Origin: Candidatus Hydrogenedens sp.
GTDB lineage: Bacteria; Hydrogenedentota; Hydrogenedentia; Hydrogenedentales; Hydrogenedentaceae
DNA: 64,000 bases
NCBI GenBank assembly: GCA_049968235.1
Contig: JBMFRC010000012.1
Location: 33,366 to 97,365 of the forward strand
Direction of reading: 5' to 3'
The stretch's first letter is position 1; every line of letters begins with the position of its first letter. Shown here piece by piece: positions 16,247 to 27,536 of the stretch. The notes beneath the pieces were generated by a model. The model was not told where the DNA came from. It saw only the letters and a list, made by a program, of their open reading frames with translations, and searched no databases. The position numbers were made by a program, and so were the translations under genes.

Positions 16247-17500
16247 ATGCTTAGAGCATCACCAAAATCATTTCGACTGCATATTGGTTTTTTTGGTAGA
16301 AGGAATGTTGGAAAATCCAGTTTACTTAATGCAATTACACGACAAAATGTCTCAATTGTTTCTGAATCCGCAGGAACCACAACAGACCCCGTGGAAAAAC
16401 CTATGGAACTACTACCTTTAGGTCCTGTTCTATTCATTGATACTGCGGGCATTGATGATATAGGTGCTTTAGGAGAATTACGGATACAAAAAACAAGACA
16501 AATTTTTGACCGAACCGATGTTGCGGTTGTTGTTACAGAAGCCGGTATATGGGGAGAATTTGAGGAAGGCTTGTGTAATGAGTTTAAGTCAAGAAATGTT
16601 CCTATCGTAGTTGTGTTTAACAAAGTGGACCTGCATGAACCTGATGAAACATTGTGTAATAGGTTGAAAAATGAGAAAATTCTATATGTAAAGACTATTG
16701 CATCAAAGCAGGATGGTATTAGTGAACTCAAAAATGCACTTATTTCTTCAGCCCCCGATGATTTTATAAATAGTCCAACGATTTTAGGAGATTTGGTAGC
16801 TCCTGGTGAATTGGCTGTGCTTGTCGTGCCTATAGATAAAGAAGCACCTAAAGGAAGACTTATTATGCCTCAGGTTCAATCCATCCGTGATTTGTTAGAT
16901 AACGATGCTATGTGTGTTGTCGTAAAAGAAAGAGAACTCCGGCGAATTTTAGAACAATTAAAAATTCTTCCAAAGATTGTTGTTACTGATTCCCAGGCAT
17001 TCTTAAAAGTCGTCGCAGATACTCCTTCCAATGTATGGGTTACAAGTTTTTCAATATTATTTTCAAGATTCCGCGGAGATTTAATTACACAGGTGGAAGG
17101 AACACTTGCTATCGAATCATTGAAACCCGGAGATAAAATACTTATTGCAGAATCATGCTCGCATCACCCTATTGCCGATGATATAGGAAGGGTTAAAATA
17201 CCAAGATGGTTAATGCAATATATCGGTGGAAAATTAGAATTTGATACTGTTCAGGGAAATGATTTTTTTTCAGATTTAACAAAATATAAAATGGTTATAC
17301 ACTGTGGAGCATGCACACTCAATCGCCGTGCTATGTTAAATCGTATTATGCATTGCAAAAAACAAGGGATACCAATAAGTAATTACGGGTTAACTATAGC
17401 CTATTCTTTAGGTATCCTCGAAAGGGCATTAGAACCATTCCCATCCGCATTGGAAATATATAAACAGAAAACAACAAAAAAGTTGCAAAACATTAAATAA
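16247..17500 (+). CDS. hydF: [FeFe]-hydrogenase maturase GTPase HydF
   Basis: The GTPase G1 motif is GRRNVGKSSLLNA and G3 is DTAG. The C-terminal cluster motif is CSHHP...HCGAC (CxHx(n)HCxxC). Confidence 0.85.
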   Translation: MLRASPKSFRLHIGFFGRRNVGKSSLLNAITRQNVSIVSESAGTTTDPVEKPMELLPLGPVLFIDTAGIDDIGALGELRIQKTRQIFDRTDVAVVVTEAGIWGEFEEGLCNEFKSRNVPIVVVFNKVDLHEPDETLCNRLKNEKILYVKTIASKQDGISELKNALISSAPDDFINSPTILGDLVAPGELAVLVVPIDKEAPKGRLIMPQVQSIRDLLDNDAMCVVVKERELRRILEQLKILPKIVVTDSQAFLKVVADTPSNVWVTSFSILFSRFRGDLITQVEGTLAIESLKPGDKILIAESCSHHPIADDIGRVKIPRWLMQYIGGKLEFDTVQGNDFFSDLTKYKMVIHCGACTLNRRAMLNRIMHCKKQGIPISNYGLTIAYSLGILERALEPFPSALEIYKQKTTKKLQNIK

Positions 17501-17508
17501 AATAAAAC

Positions 17509-18561
17509 ATGGATAAAAAAAATATTATTAATTGGCTTCGTGAAAAAAACGAAGATAAATTAAACGAACTATGGGAATTGGCGGATTCTATCCGCAGTAA
17601 ATATGTAGGAGAAGAGGTGCATCTTCGAGGTTTGATAGAAATATCAAACTATTGCAAAAAAAACTGTCTATACTGTGGAATACGAATTTCTAATAGAAAA
17701 TTAACCCGATATAGAATGGAAGACAGCGAGATTTTGGAATGTGTGGAATTTGCCAAAAGAAATGGCTATGGAACAATAGTCCTTCAATCCGGCGAAGACC
17801 CCGATTTTACAAAAGAAAAAATCGCCGAATTAATTAGAAAAATAAAAGAAAATGCAAATGTGGCTATTACATTAAGTTTAGGAGAGCAGGAAAAACACAC
17901 ATTAGAATTATGGAAATCTGCCGGAGCCAATCGTTATCTTCTTCGTTTTGAAACCTCAGATGAAATCCTATTTAAAAGAATCCATTCGTCAGAACAAGCA
18001 AAAAGTTTAGAGAATAGAATTAAACAACTAAAAATACTTAAACAATTAGGCTACGAAGCAGGAAGTGGGATAATGATTGGAATACCCTATCAAACTTATG
18101 AAAGCATCGCTAATGATATCCTACTTTTCAAACAATTAGACCTTGATATGATAGGAATAGGACCATACATTCCTCATCCCGATACACCTTTAGGACAGGA
18201 ATATCTTAATAAATATAAAAAAGATGATGAAAAATTTGTCCCAAACACAGAATTAATGACATATAAAGTCCTTGCATTAACCCGAATTATATGTCCAACC
18301 GTAAACATTCCTGCCACCACTGCCCTTGCAACTGTGAATACACGAGAAGGTCGCATTTTAGCCCTGAAGAGGGGAGCCAATGTTATCATGCCGAATCTCA
18401 CTCCACCAAAATATAAAAAATTGTATGAAATTTATCCAGGTAAATCGTCTGCTGATGAACCTCCAGAAATTATTCATCAAAGTATAATGAAGATTATAGA
18501 AAAGGCAGGAAGAAAAGTAGGAACAGGGATGGGAAATCGCAAAAAAATCATAGATATTTAA
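17509..18561 (+). CDS. hydE: [FeFe]-hydrogenase maturase HydE (radical SAM, BioB-like)
   Basis: CKKNCLYCG radical SAM motif, a BioB-like TIM barrel length of 350 aa, and a position at the end of the hydG-hydF cluster. Confidence 0.85.
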   Translation: MDKKNIINWLREKNEDKLNELWELADSIRSKYVGEEVHLRGLIEISNYCKKNCLYCGIRISNRKLTRYRMEDSEILECVEFAKRNGYGTIVLQSGEDPDFTKEKIAELIRKIKENANVAITLSLGEQEKHTLELWKSAGANRYLLRFETSDEILFKRIHSSEQAKSLENRIKQLKILKQLGYEAGSGIMIGIPYQTYESIANDILLFKQLDLDMIGIGPYIPHPDTPLGQEYLNKYKKDDEKFVPNTELMTYKVLALTRIICPTVNIPATTALATVNTREGRILALKRGANVIMPNLTPPKYKKLYEIYPGKSSADEPPEIIHQSIMKIIEKAGRKVGTGMGNRKKIIDI

Positions 18562-19188
18562 TATAAACATATATTGATTAATCAGCAAAAAATAATTGCT
18601 AACATTCAATAGAATATCTTTCTACGTAACACAAACGCCCTACCTGTTTTTTTTAATGTTCAATTCTTTCCTCCATATCCTCTGTGATTCATTTATTTTC
18701 CAAATGTAAGTGTAGTGGGAGCATCCCTGCTCCCTTAAAAAAATAAACATTGATATGCAATCTATCCATTTGGTAGCAAGGATAAGTCTGTTACATACAT
18801 TCACTCTTCAGGGCAGACGCATGGGTCTGCTACTACAAATAATTCCTCACGGGCAGGAGTGCCTATGGTAATTTATAAGACATAATTTTTTTTAAGTTGT
18901 TAGGAATATCTGTGTTCTTTTTAAGATTAAATTGTCTCAAAACTTTATTCTTCATCTTTTATACATCTACATCCTCCACATAAAGAATTATGCCAAGAAA
19001 TACGCAAATTGTAATATATGAATTACAGAAGAGCTTTGGACATAAAGGATAAAGAGAATTTATGGATAGATAACAAGGTAATTTATAAAAGGAAAGATAT
19101 GATTAAAGTTTGTTATAATATTACCCCTTCTTGATGAAATAAAATTGTAAAGAGTAAGATTATATTTATAAATAAGAAAGGAAATGCA

Positions 19189-20601
19189 ATGCCAAAAAAC
19201 ATTTATGAAAAGATATGGGATGCACATTTGGTTCATACACCTGATGACCAGGACCCTATTATCTATATCGACAGGCACTATATCCATGAAGTAACATCAC
19301 CGCAAGCATTTGAAGGACTAAGAATTACTGGTAGAAAAGTGCGTCGTCCTGATTTGACTTTTGCTACGATGGACCATAATATACCGACAACGAATCGTGA
19401 TAAACCGATTGCAGACCCGATGTCTGCGTTACAGGTAGAGACATTAAAAAATAATTGCAAGGAATTTGGTATCCAGTGTTTTGATATGTATGACCCACGA
19501 AATGGGATAGTTCATGTTGTGGGTCCGGAGTTAGGATTAACACAACCAGGGATGACGATTGTTTGTGGAGATTCTCATACTTCAACACACGGTGCTTTTG
19601 GTGCACTTGCGTTTGGTATTGGAACAAGTGAAGTGGAGCATGTCCTTGCTACGCAAACATTATTGCAAAGAAAATCTAAGACAATGGAAATTCGTATCAC
19701 AGGCAAACTACCTATAGGTGTTACTGCAAAAGACCTTATTATGCATATTATCGGGAAAATAGGAACAGATGGTGGCACGGGTTATGTAATTGAATACACA
19801 GGAGAAGTTGTTAGAAACCTTTCTATGGAAGGTCGTATGACTTTGTGCAATATGACCATAGAGGCAGGTGCACGAGCAGGGCTAATTTCTCCTGATGAGA
19901 CGACTGTGAAATATTTATTAGGAAGACCTTATATTCCAAAACATATCCCCGAAGAAGAACTGATAAAACTCTGGTTGTCATGGGCATCTGACTCTGGCTG
20001 TTCTTATGATAAAACAATAATTATTAATGCTAAGGATGTAGAACCGCAAGTAACATGGGGAACATCTCCCGAAATGGTTGCTCCTATTTCAGGCAGAGTT
20101 CCTGTGTTAAATGAGATACAGGATACAAACCGCAGAAATGCGGTTAACAAAGCCCTCCAATATATGGGTCTTGAAGAAGGAACTCCTATCGAAGCCATCG
20201 AAGTCGATAAGATATTTATTGGTTCCTGTACAAATGGAAGAATTGAAGATTTACGAGAAGTGGCAAAAGTTGTGAAGGGTTATAAAGTTAACCAAAGAAT
20301 AAAGCAGGCAATAATTGTTCCAGGTTCGATGTTAGTAAAGGGACAAGCAGAACAGGAAGGATTACACAATATTTTTATAGAAGCAGGTTTTGAATGGAGA
20401 GAACCAGGTTGCTCCATGTGCCTCGCAATGAACGATGACCGATTAAATCCGGGGGAACGTTGTGCCTCCACTTCAAATCGTAACTTTGAAGGTCGTCAAG
20501 GTAAAGGAGGACGCACACACCTTGTTAGTCCAGCCATGGCTGGAGCCTGTGCTATTACTGGACATTTCGTTGATATTCGCAAATGGAAATTTAATGAATA
20601 A
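19189..20601 (+). CDS. leuC: 3-isopropylmalate dehydratase large subunit
   Basis: The aconitase-family domain with the GSCTNGR and CSMCLAMN Cys ligands, at the typical LeuC length of 470 aa. Confidence 0.9.
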   Translation: MPKNIYEKIWDAHLVHTPDDQDPIIYIDRHYIHEVTSPQAFEGLRITGRKVRRPDLTFATMDHNIPTTNRDKPIADPMSALQVETLKNNCKEFGIQCFDMYDPRNGIVHVVGPELGLTQPGMTIVCGDSHTSTHGAFGALAFGIGTSEVEHVLATQTLLQRKSKTMEIRITGKLPIGVTAKDLIMHIIGKIGTDGGTGYVIEYTGEVVRNLSMEGRMTLCNMTIEAGARAGLISPDETTVKYLLGRPYIPKHIPEEELIKLWLSWASDSGCSYDKTIIINAKDVEPQVTWGTSPEMVAPISGRVPVLNEIQDTNRRNAVNKALQYMGLEEGTPIEAIEVDKIFIGSCTNGRIEDLREVAKVVKGYKVNQRIKQAIIVPGSMLVKGQAEQEGLHNIFIEAGFEWREPGCSMCLAMNDDRLNPGERCASTSNRNFEGRQGKGGRTHLVSPAMAGACAITGHFVDIRKWKFNE

Positions 20602-20615
20602 AAGGAGATAGAACA

Positions 20616-21215
20616 GTGGAGAAATTTACTGTATTAAAAGGAATTGTCGCACCTTTAGATGCGAGAAATGTGGATACAGACCAGATAGTTCCGAAACAAT
20701 TTTTGAAACGAATACAGAGAACAGGTTATGAAGATGTCCTTTTTTATGATTGGCGTTATCTCAATGATGGGAAAACACTCAATCCGCAATTTGAGATGAA
20801 CGCACTACGTTATAAAGGTGCTACTATTTTATTGACACGTGACAATTTCGGTTGTGGTTCATCACGCGAGCATGCACCATGGGCATTAAAAGATTATGGT
20901 TTCCGTTGTATTCTGGCTATTTCATTTGCTGATATTTTTTACAATAATTGTTTTAACAATGGAATTTTACCCATTACTCTTTCTCTGGAAGTTATTGAAC
21001 AACTTTTTATAGAAGTTCGTTCGCAAGAAAATTATATGTTAGAAATAGATTTAGTAAATCAATTAATTACAAAACCGGATGGAAAACAGATTCATTTTGA
21101 CATCCATTCGTTTCTTAAAGAGCGTTTATTAAATGGATGGGACCAGATAGGTCTTACATTACGATATGAACAATTAATAAGCGAATTTGAACAAAAGCAT
21201 CCACTGAAATTGTGA
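20616..21215 (+). CDS. leuD: 3-isopropylmalate dehydratase small subunit
   Basis: Aconitase swivel domain ([13 protein letters not shown]), 199 aa, immediately downstream of leuC. Confidence 0.9.
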   Translation: MEKFTVLKGIVAPLDARNVDTDQIVPKQFLKRIQRTGYEDVLFYDWRYLNDGKTLNPQFEMNALRYKGATILLTRDNFGCGSSREHAPWALKDYGFRCILAISFADIFYNNCFNNGILPITLSLEVIEQLFIEVRSQENYMLEIDLVNQLITKPDGKQIHFDIHSFLKERLLNGWDQIGLTLRYEQLISEFEQKHPLKL

Positions 21216-21245
21216 AAAACATGATTTAAGAAAGGAGAAAGGAAC

Positions 21246-21545
21246 ATGCCTTTATACACATATCAGGTAATTCACAAAGATGGTAGCGAAGGTGAGATTA
21301 TCGAGGTGTTTCAAAAGGCAGGTGAGCCTCCTTTACAATTTCATCCACAAACAGGCGAAAAAGTAATTCGGATATTTAAGCCTGCACATATTGCAGGTTG
21401 GGCTAATGAACGGATGGCAAAACAAATGTTAAGTGACAAAAACCTTGCTGAAAAAGGTTTTGCAAAGTATGTTCGCTCAGGTAAAGGTTATTATGAAAAG
21501 ACAACAGGAAAAGAAGGACCCCCAACAATCAATATAAATGACTGA
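21246..21545 (+). CDS. Small FmdB-like zinc-ribbon family protein lacking the cysteines
   Basis: MPLYTYQ...HPQTGEKVIRIF follows the FmdB pattern MPIYEYxCxxCG...CPxCGxxVxRl, with all four Cys replaced. Confidence 0.3.
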   Translation: MPLYTYQVIHKDGSEGEIIEVFQKAGEPPLQFHPQTGEKVIRIFKPAHIAGWANERMAKQMLSDKNLAEKGFAKYVRSGKGYYEKTTGKEGPPTININD

Positions 21546-21624
21546 TACTGAGTTTGATTATACACATATTACTTTTATATGCTTTATTAAAATCTACATG
21601 AATACCAATTTAGGAGGATAAAGA

Positions 21625-22128
21625 ATGAAAAGTATAAAAAGATATTTTTCAACAGTAGTAATTATAATGTTGCTTTCTACTTTACTAATGTCTTTGGGAT
21701 GTGGTTCTATGCCATGGAAAAAGAAAAATGAGCAACCTCCTCCTGTCGAATTATTAGATGAAACAAAAACGGAAAACACAAACACATTACCGGGAGAAGG
21801 TACTACTCTTGTTCCGGGACCACAACGATTTAAAGATGTTCCATTACCGGATAAAGTAAAAGAAGATTTTGACCGCTCTTATGTCTATGAATCAAGCACA
21901 TTACAGGTAGGCAGGATGGTGTATTCTATTCGTGCCGATGCCAATGATGTAGCACAATTTTATGTAAAAGAATGTCCCAAATATGGTTGGAAATTAGATA
22001 ATGTAATACAAGGTGATGGAGTGCAGTTAAATTATTCTAAAGAAGGTAAAAAATTACAGGTAAATGTTCGACCTCAGGGAATTGGAAGACCCAAACAGTT
22101 AGTTTTAATTTTAACACCGTCAGAATAA
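21625..22128 (+). CDS. Hypothetical lipoprotein
   Basis: Signal peptide with lipobox LMSLGC. There are no recognisable catalytic motifs. Confidence 0.4.
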   Translation: MKSIKRYFSTVVIIMLLSTLLMSLGCGSMPWKKKNEQPPPVELLDETKTENTNTLPGEGTTLVPGPQRFKDVPLPDKVKEDFDRSYVYESSTLQVGRMVYSIRADANDVAQFYVKECPKYGWKLDNVIQGDGVQLNYSKEGKKLQVNVRPQGIGRPKQLVLILTPSE

Positions 22129-22138
22129 AATTACTTCG

Positions 22139-22648
22139 ATGAAAATAATAAGAAATAGAAAATTAAGAGAATCATATTTTAAAGGTGTTCTATTTGTTTT
22201 TTCTTTACAATTATCTCTTTTTCTTTTCTCCTGTGGAACCATAAAAAAAATAGATATTCCTCTTATAAATAGAAATTCTTCTACGGAGCAGGAAAAAATC
22301 GCTACCATTTTAGATACAGTAGAAAAACTAATAGAGCGGAAACAGGTAAAAAAAATAATGGTTTATGTTTCTCTTGAATATCGAGATGAACAAAATCGAA
22401 AATATAATGATATTAGAGAATATCTTCAAAGTATAGTTAGAGATTACAGAGTAATTCGAATTACAAGAGCAACTCCGGATATAAAAATAGACGGGAACAC
22501 TGCAACGGTTATAGATACCTTTGGAACAGTTGCAGAACCTTATGACCCGGTTCAAGGCGTTCCTGTGAATGTGCAGGGTAAAGTTATTATTTCCCTGCAA
22601 AAAGAGCCTGATGGCTGGAAAATTAAATCGTGGAGTCCACTTTTGTAA
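22139..22648 (+). CDS. Hypothetical lipoprotein (NTF2/SnoaL-like fold possible)
   Basis: Signal peptide with lipobox LFSCG. About 170 aa. Confidence 0.35.
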   Translation: MKIIRNRKLRESYFKGVLFVFSLQLSLFLFSCGTIKKIDIPLINRNSSTEQEKIATILDTVEKLIERKQVKKIMVYVSLEYRDEQNRKYNDIREYLQSIVRDYRVIRITRATPDIKIDGNTATVIDTFGTVAEPYDPVQGVPVNVQGKVIISLQKEPDGWKIKSWSPLL

Positions 22649-22719
22649 TTTTATTCTGACCACTCTTAATTATTATAATCCATAACCTTAGAAACAATAA
22701 AAGAAGGGAATTTGTATCT

Positions 22720-23541
22720 ATGCCTATTCGCAGACAGAAAAAAAGAAAAACGGAAGTAAAAGACATTATACCCAACATTGATGAACCCAAGAATCAACTA
22801 CTTCTTTGGTGGTCACACATTAGAGAAAACTTATATTTATATATCTTTTCAACATTGTTTATCCTTTTATGTGTTGTAATAGGGCTAATTTATGGTTCAT
22901 ACAATAATTGGAAAAGTAAGGACATTATGACCCGCTATGCCAGTGCTGTCCTTAAAGAAGATTTACAGGAAAAATTAGATGCTCTAAAACCTCTTGTGGA
23001 TACAAATTCATCGTTAACCCCAGAAATTCTTTATGTTTACGCAGAGACTGCTTTTACATTGGGAAAAATTGATGAAGCGGAGACTATATGGAAAAAACTT
23101 TGTGATAAATACCCTCAGTCCGAATGGGTTCCCAATGCAAAAGAAGGACTGGGCTATTTAGAAGAATTAAGAAAGAATTATGATAATGCTATAAATATTT
23201 ACAGAGAAATAAAAGAAAAATGGGGTAATTCGTTTATAGCAAAAAGACAATCTTTTAATATTGGACGGGTGTTAGAAGCAAAACAAGATTTACAAGGTGC
23301 TATAGAAGCATATAAAAAACAAGAAGAGGAATTCCCTGAATCATCAATTGGAAACAAGGCAAAATCGGCTCTTGAAAAAATAAAAAGTGAACACCCGGAA
23401 CTATTTCCTGAGGAAAAGAAAGAAGAAACCCCACAAGATACAACAAAGAAAGAGTTAAAAGAAAATACTGCCAGTTTACCAGCAGATACTACTACAAAAG
23501 AACAAGAAAATACTCCACCTCCACAACAAAATCAGCAATAA
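22720..23541 (+). CDS. Membrane-anchored TPR-repeat protein with Pro/Gln/Thr-rich tail
   Basis: N-terminal TM helix, TPR-like helical repeats and a low-complexity C-terminus. Confidence 0.4.
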   Translation: MPIRRQKKRKTEVKDIIPNIDEPKNQLLLWWSHIRENLYLYIFSTLFILLCVVIGLIYGSYNNWKSKDIMTRYASAVLKEDLQEKLDALKPLVDTNSSLTPEILYVYAETAFTLGKIDEAETIWKKLCDKYPQSEWVPNAKEGLGYLEELRKNYDNAINIYREIKEKWGNSFIAKRQSFNIGRVLEAKQDLQGAIEAYKKQEEEFPESSIGNKAKSALEKIKSEHPELFPEEKKEETPQDTTKKELKENTASLPADTTTKEQENTPPPQQNQQ

Positions 23542-23602
23542 AATTAATTTTTCAATATAATCTACATTAAATAAAAACATATCATCAGGGGTCTTTACGA
23601 TT

Positions 23603-26404
23603 ATGAATCAAGAGAAAAAAACTATTCATGTAGTTGTCAACACACATTGGGATAGAGAATGGGTTTATCCATTTGAAGAAACGCGATTATTATTGGTTGA
23701 GTTTATGGACCAATTAATCCAAATTTTAAAAAATGACTCGGATTTCCATTCTTTTACATTGGATTCACAAACGGTGTGTCTTGAAGATTATCTCGAATTG
23801 AGACCTGAGAAAAGAGAAGATATTGTAACCTTGGTTAAATCTGGAAAACTTATAATCGGTCCGTGGTATTCTCTGCCAGAAGAATTTATTGTTAATGGCG
23901 AATCATTAGTTCGTAATCTATTAATTGGGCATCGTGTCGCTCAATCTTTCGGAAAAGTTTCAAAAATTGGATATACTCCTTTCAGTTATGGGCAAACTTC
24001 TCAAATGCCACAAATTTATAACGGGTTTGGTATAGATACCATTATTTTTTATCGCGGGATTAATACCCCTAAAAGCGAATTTATTTTTGAAGGAGCCGAT
24101 GGTTCAAGATTATTAGGGATGCGCTTTGGGTGTTTGAGTCGTTTTAGTTATTACATTTATGTTTATAGAGTGTTGCGATACGGTTCAGACGATGTTTATG
24201 CTTTTTATAATTGGGATAGGGGGGCTGGTCCTTTCCGTCTTGCCTCATCTAACAGACCTCGGGCTCATTATTATATTACAGACCCTTCCAACAAAATGTG
24301 GAATGTAGAACCCATTCGGGAACAACTACAGAAATTAATTAAAGATGAGTCCCAACATTTCACTACGCCTCATATATGTTGTATGGAAGGGTTTGATAGT
24401 TCAGCACCGGATGAAAAAGAGTCCGAAATTATTAAATTATGTCAAAAACTTCTAACAGACCATGAAATTCGTCTATCAAATTTAGAAGAATTTATGAACG
24501 CAATGCGTAAATATGTAAAAAATCCCCCAGTAATTTATGGGGAAAGTAGAGACCCGGGAGCAACAGGGAAATGGACACACCTTATGGGAGATGTTATTAG
24601 TGCCCGATTCCGTGTTAAAAAGGCAAACCACCAATCGGAGATGATTTTACAAAGGGGAGCGGAACCTTGGTGTGCCATATCAAATATATTAGGTAAAGAA
24701 TATTTTAGAAGTGCATTGACAAGAGCATGGAAACTTTTACTACAAAATCATCCCCACGACACAATCACAGGTGGTGGTATAGACCAGATGGAAAAAGATG
24801 CTATATCAAGAGCAGAGCAAGTGTCTATTATAAGTGATGGACTAATGCGTCGAGCACTTCAGCATGTTTATTCCCGTATTAATTTATCTGATATATCACC
24901 TAAAGAAAGTGTTCTGGTTGTTTTTAACTCAAGTCCTTTTGAGCGACAACAAGTCATATCCACATATATTGATATACCAGATAATATGGGTTATGAATCA
25001 TTCCAGATTATAAATCCAGATACTAACACACCATGTAAGTTACAAATACAACAACAATTTGAAACAGGGACACTTGTAAGAAATCTTCAGGATATTTCTA
25101 TTGAATTGAGGTCAAAACGATTCTTAACTTATATAGATGTGGGAAATATACCAGCATTAGGTTATAAAACTTTCTATATTAAGCCTGCTGAAGATACGCC
25201 CGTTACGGAGGACAACAATATCTATAAATCTCCATTTATACTTGAAAATGAATACCTTTTAGTTTCTTTTAATAATGATGGAACTTTTGACCTTCTAAAC
25301 AAAGAAACAAATGATAAGTTTTATAATTTGCATTATTTTGAGGATACCGGAGAAACAGGACATTCTTGGATACACATGGAACCTGATGAAAATGAAACGA
25401 TATATTCTCATGGAAGCCCTGCTAAATTTGTTGTAGAAGTTACGGGTCCCTTATTATCTCGTGTTAGAGTTGATTATGTGTTAATGATACCATCCGGTCT
25501 TGAAAGAGATATAACCGAATTGGACAGAGAAGCAGAGAAAAATCATACGCAAAGAAAAAAAGAAAAAGTAGCATTAGAAATTTCAAGTTATTTTACTTTA
25601 AGAAAAGGTAGTCGTCAATTAGAAATTATCACAAAAGTAAAAAATAATGCTAAAAACCACCGATTAAGAGTTATATTCCCTACAGGTATAAAAAAAGCGA
25701 CACATAGTTTTGCAGAAGTTGCGTATGATGTCGTTAAAAGACCTATTCATATTTCTCCGGAGAATCCCTATTACGGTAAGCCAAATCCCCAATACCCGAT
25801 GCATCGTTTTGTAGATGTATCAGACGAAAGGATGGGGCTTGCAATATTAAATAACTCGGGGTTAAGAGAATATGAAGTTATGGATGAACCTATACATCCA
25901 GTTGCCATAACACTTTTCCGTGCATTTACATTCAGAAATGCACCTATTTTCGGAAGGTGGGATGTCTATCCGGAAATGGAATTATCTCAGTGTTTAGGAG
26001 AACTTGAGTTTTCTTACGCTGTTTACCCACACAAAGGAAACTGGGAAAATGGTGTTATTAAGGAAGCGGAAAAACTAAATGTAAACTTAGAACCTGTTCA
26101 GGCAGGTCCAATAAAAGGAGGTTCATTGCCTCTATCCTATAGTTTTATAGAGATAGAAGGAAGTAATTTACAGGTTAATGCCATAAAAATAGCAGAAGAT
26201 AAAGAGAAAACTTTGATTGTAAGATTCTTTAATCCTTCGGATAAAGAAGTGATAAGCACTATAAAATTCGGTTTTCCTGTGCAAAGTATATGGATGACAA
26301 ATTTGAATGAAGAAGCAATCAAAAAAATCTCAGAAAAGGAACAAACAGTAGAAATAAAAATTAAAGCGAAAAAGATAATTACTTTAGCGATTGAATTTAT
26401 TTAA
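23603..26404 (+). CDS. Glycoside hydrolase family 38 alpha-mannosidase (cytoplasmic)
   Basis: The N-terminal HVVVNTHWDREW motif (GH38 H-x-H-x-D metal site), 933 aa, and no signal peptide. Confidence 0.8.
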   Translation: MNQEKKTIHVVVNTHWDREWVYPFEETRLLLVEFMDQLIQILKNDSDFHSFTLDSQTVCLEDYLELRPEKREDIVTLVKSGKLIIGPWYSLPEEFIVNGESLVRNLLIGHRVAQSFGKVSKIGYTPFSYGQTSQMPQIYNGFGIDTIIFYRGINTPKSEFIFEGADGSRLLGMRFGCLSRFSYYIYVYRVLRYGSDDVYAFYNWDRGAGPFRLASSNRPRAHYYITDPSNKMWNVEPIREQLQKLIKDESQHFTTPHICCMEGFDSSAPDEKESEIIKLCQKLLTDHEIRLSNLEEFMNAMRKYVKNPPVIYGESRDPGATGKWTHLMGDVISARFRVKKANHQSEMILQRGAEPWCAISNILGKEYFRSALTRAWKLLLQNHPHDTITGGGIDQMEKDAISRAEQVSIISDGLMRRALQHVYSRINLSDISPKESVLVVFNSSPFERQQVISTYIDIPDNMGYESFQIINPDTNTPCKLQIQQQFETGTLVRNLQDISIELRSKRFLTYIDVGNIPALGYKTFYIKPAEDTPVTEDNNIYKSPFILENEYLLVSFNNDGTFDLLNKETNDKFYNLHYFEDTGETGHSWIHMEPDENETIYSHGSPAKFVVEVTGPLLSRVRVDYVLMIPSGLERDITELDREAEKNHTQRKKEKVALEISSYFTLRKGSRQLEIITKVKNNAKNHRLRVIFPTGIKKATHSFAEVAYDVVKRPIHISPENPYYGKPNPQYPMHRFVDVSDERMGLAILNNSGLREYEVMDEPIHPVAITLFRAFTFRNAPIFGRWDVYPEMELSQCLGELEFSYAVYPHKGNWENGVIKEAEKLNVNLEPVQAGPIKGGSLPLSYSFIEIEGSNLQVNAIKIAEDKEKTLIVRFFNPSDKEVISTIKFGFPVQSIWMTNLNEEAIKKISEKEQTVEIKIKAKKIITLAIEFI

Positions 26405-26415
26405 TAAAGATATTA

Positions 26416-27516
26416 TTATCCAACTTCTACCTTTTCGGTGATATTCAAACAGTTTAATATTTCCTTTTCATTCGGTTCTACGGTAATGGGCTGTTCAGCC
26501 ACAGCAACGGCATTATCTGGGTCTTTCAACCCATGTCCAGTTAATATACAAACAATTTGCAGTTTCTCGGAGGCAAAAGGTTTCTGATTATCAAAATATC
26601 CATTTTCTGCAAGTTTAATAACTCCTGCAATACTTGCAGCACTTGCAGGTTCTACAAAAACGCCCTCAGTTCGCGCTAATAATTTATAAGCATTGCGAAT
26701 TTGCTGGTCGGTAACCATTCCAATAACGCCACCCGACTCATCCCTTGCGTTTTCTGCACCTTTCCAACTTGCGGGATTCCCTATACGAATAGCCGTTGCA
26801 AATGTTTGAGGATTTTCAACAGGATGTCCGAGGACAATGGGTGCAGAACCTGAAGCTTGAAATCCTAACATTTTAGGTAAGTTTTTTGACCTTCCTGCTT
26901 GATAATATTCTTTATATCCTTTCCAATATGCCGTTATATTCCCTGCATTACCTACGGGCATACATTGAAAATCAGGAGCAAAACCATTAAAAGAGTCAAC
27001 TATTTCAAAAGCACCTGTTTTTTGTCCTTCAATACGGTAGGGATTTACAGAATTTACAAGTGCTATGGGGTGGTCATTACATATTTTACGTACCAATCGT
27101 AACGCATCATCAAAGTTCCCTTTTATCTGTATAACTTTTGCTCCATGTATCATGGCTTGTGATAATTTACCCAGAGCAATTTTCCCTTCAGGTATTAGAA
27201 CTGCACATTGAAGTCCTGCCCGTGCTGAATATGCTGCTGCAGAAGCAGATGTATTTCCGGTGGACGCACACATAACTACTTTGTACCCCTCCTCTCTGGC
27301 TTTTGTAACTGCAACCGTCATACCTCTATCTTTAAATGAGCCTGTTGGGTTCATGCCTTCATATTTTAACCAGATATTTATATGAGGGTGTATCGCAGAA
27401 CTTAATGCAGGAGCCTGGATTAAAGGAGTTCCACCTTCATTTAAGGTAACAATGGGTGTGTTAATTCCTACGGGTAGAAATTCACGATAGCGTTCAATGA
27501 TACCGATGTTTTGCAT
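26416..27516 (-). CDS. thrC: Threonine synthase
   Basis: PLP-lysine motif GSFKDRGM and the ThrC family architecture. Confidence 0.9.
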   Translation of the reverse strand: MQNIGIIERYREFLPVGINTPIVTLNEGGTPLIQAPALSSAIHPHINIWLKYEGMNPTGSFKDRGMTVAVTKAREEGYKVVMCASTGNTSASAAAYSARAGLQCAVLIPEGKIALGKLSQAMIHGAKVIQIKGNFDDALRLVRKICNDHPIALVNSVNPYRIEGQKTGAFEIVDSFNGFAPDFQCMPVGNAGNITAYWKGYKEYYQAGRSKNLPKMLGFQASGSAPIVLGHPVENPQTFATAIRIGNPASWKGAENARDESGGVIGMVTDQQIRNAYKLLARTEGVFVEPASAASIAGVIKLAENGYFDNQKPFASEKLQIVCILTGHGLKDPDNAVAVAEQPITVEPNEKEILNCLNITEKVEVG

Positions 27517-27536
27517 AAAATTACTCCATTATATAT

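Noticed and set aside
18562-19188. T-box riboswitch or tRNA in the long leuC leader
   Set aside because: I searched by eye for AGGGTGGNACCGCG, GGTTCGA-type T-loops and a Leu-codon-rich leader peptide, and found none. The region is kept only as an unexplained non-coding stretch.
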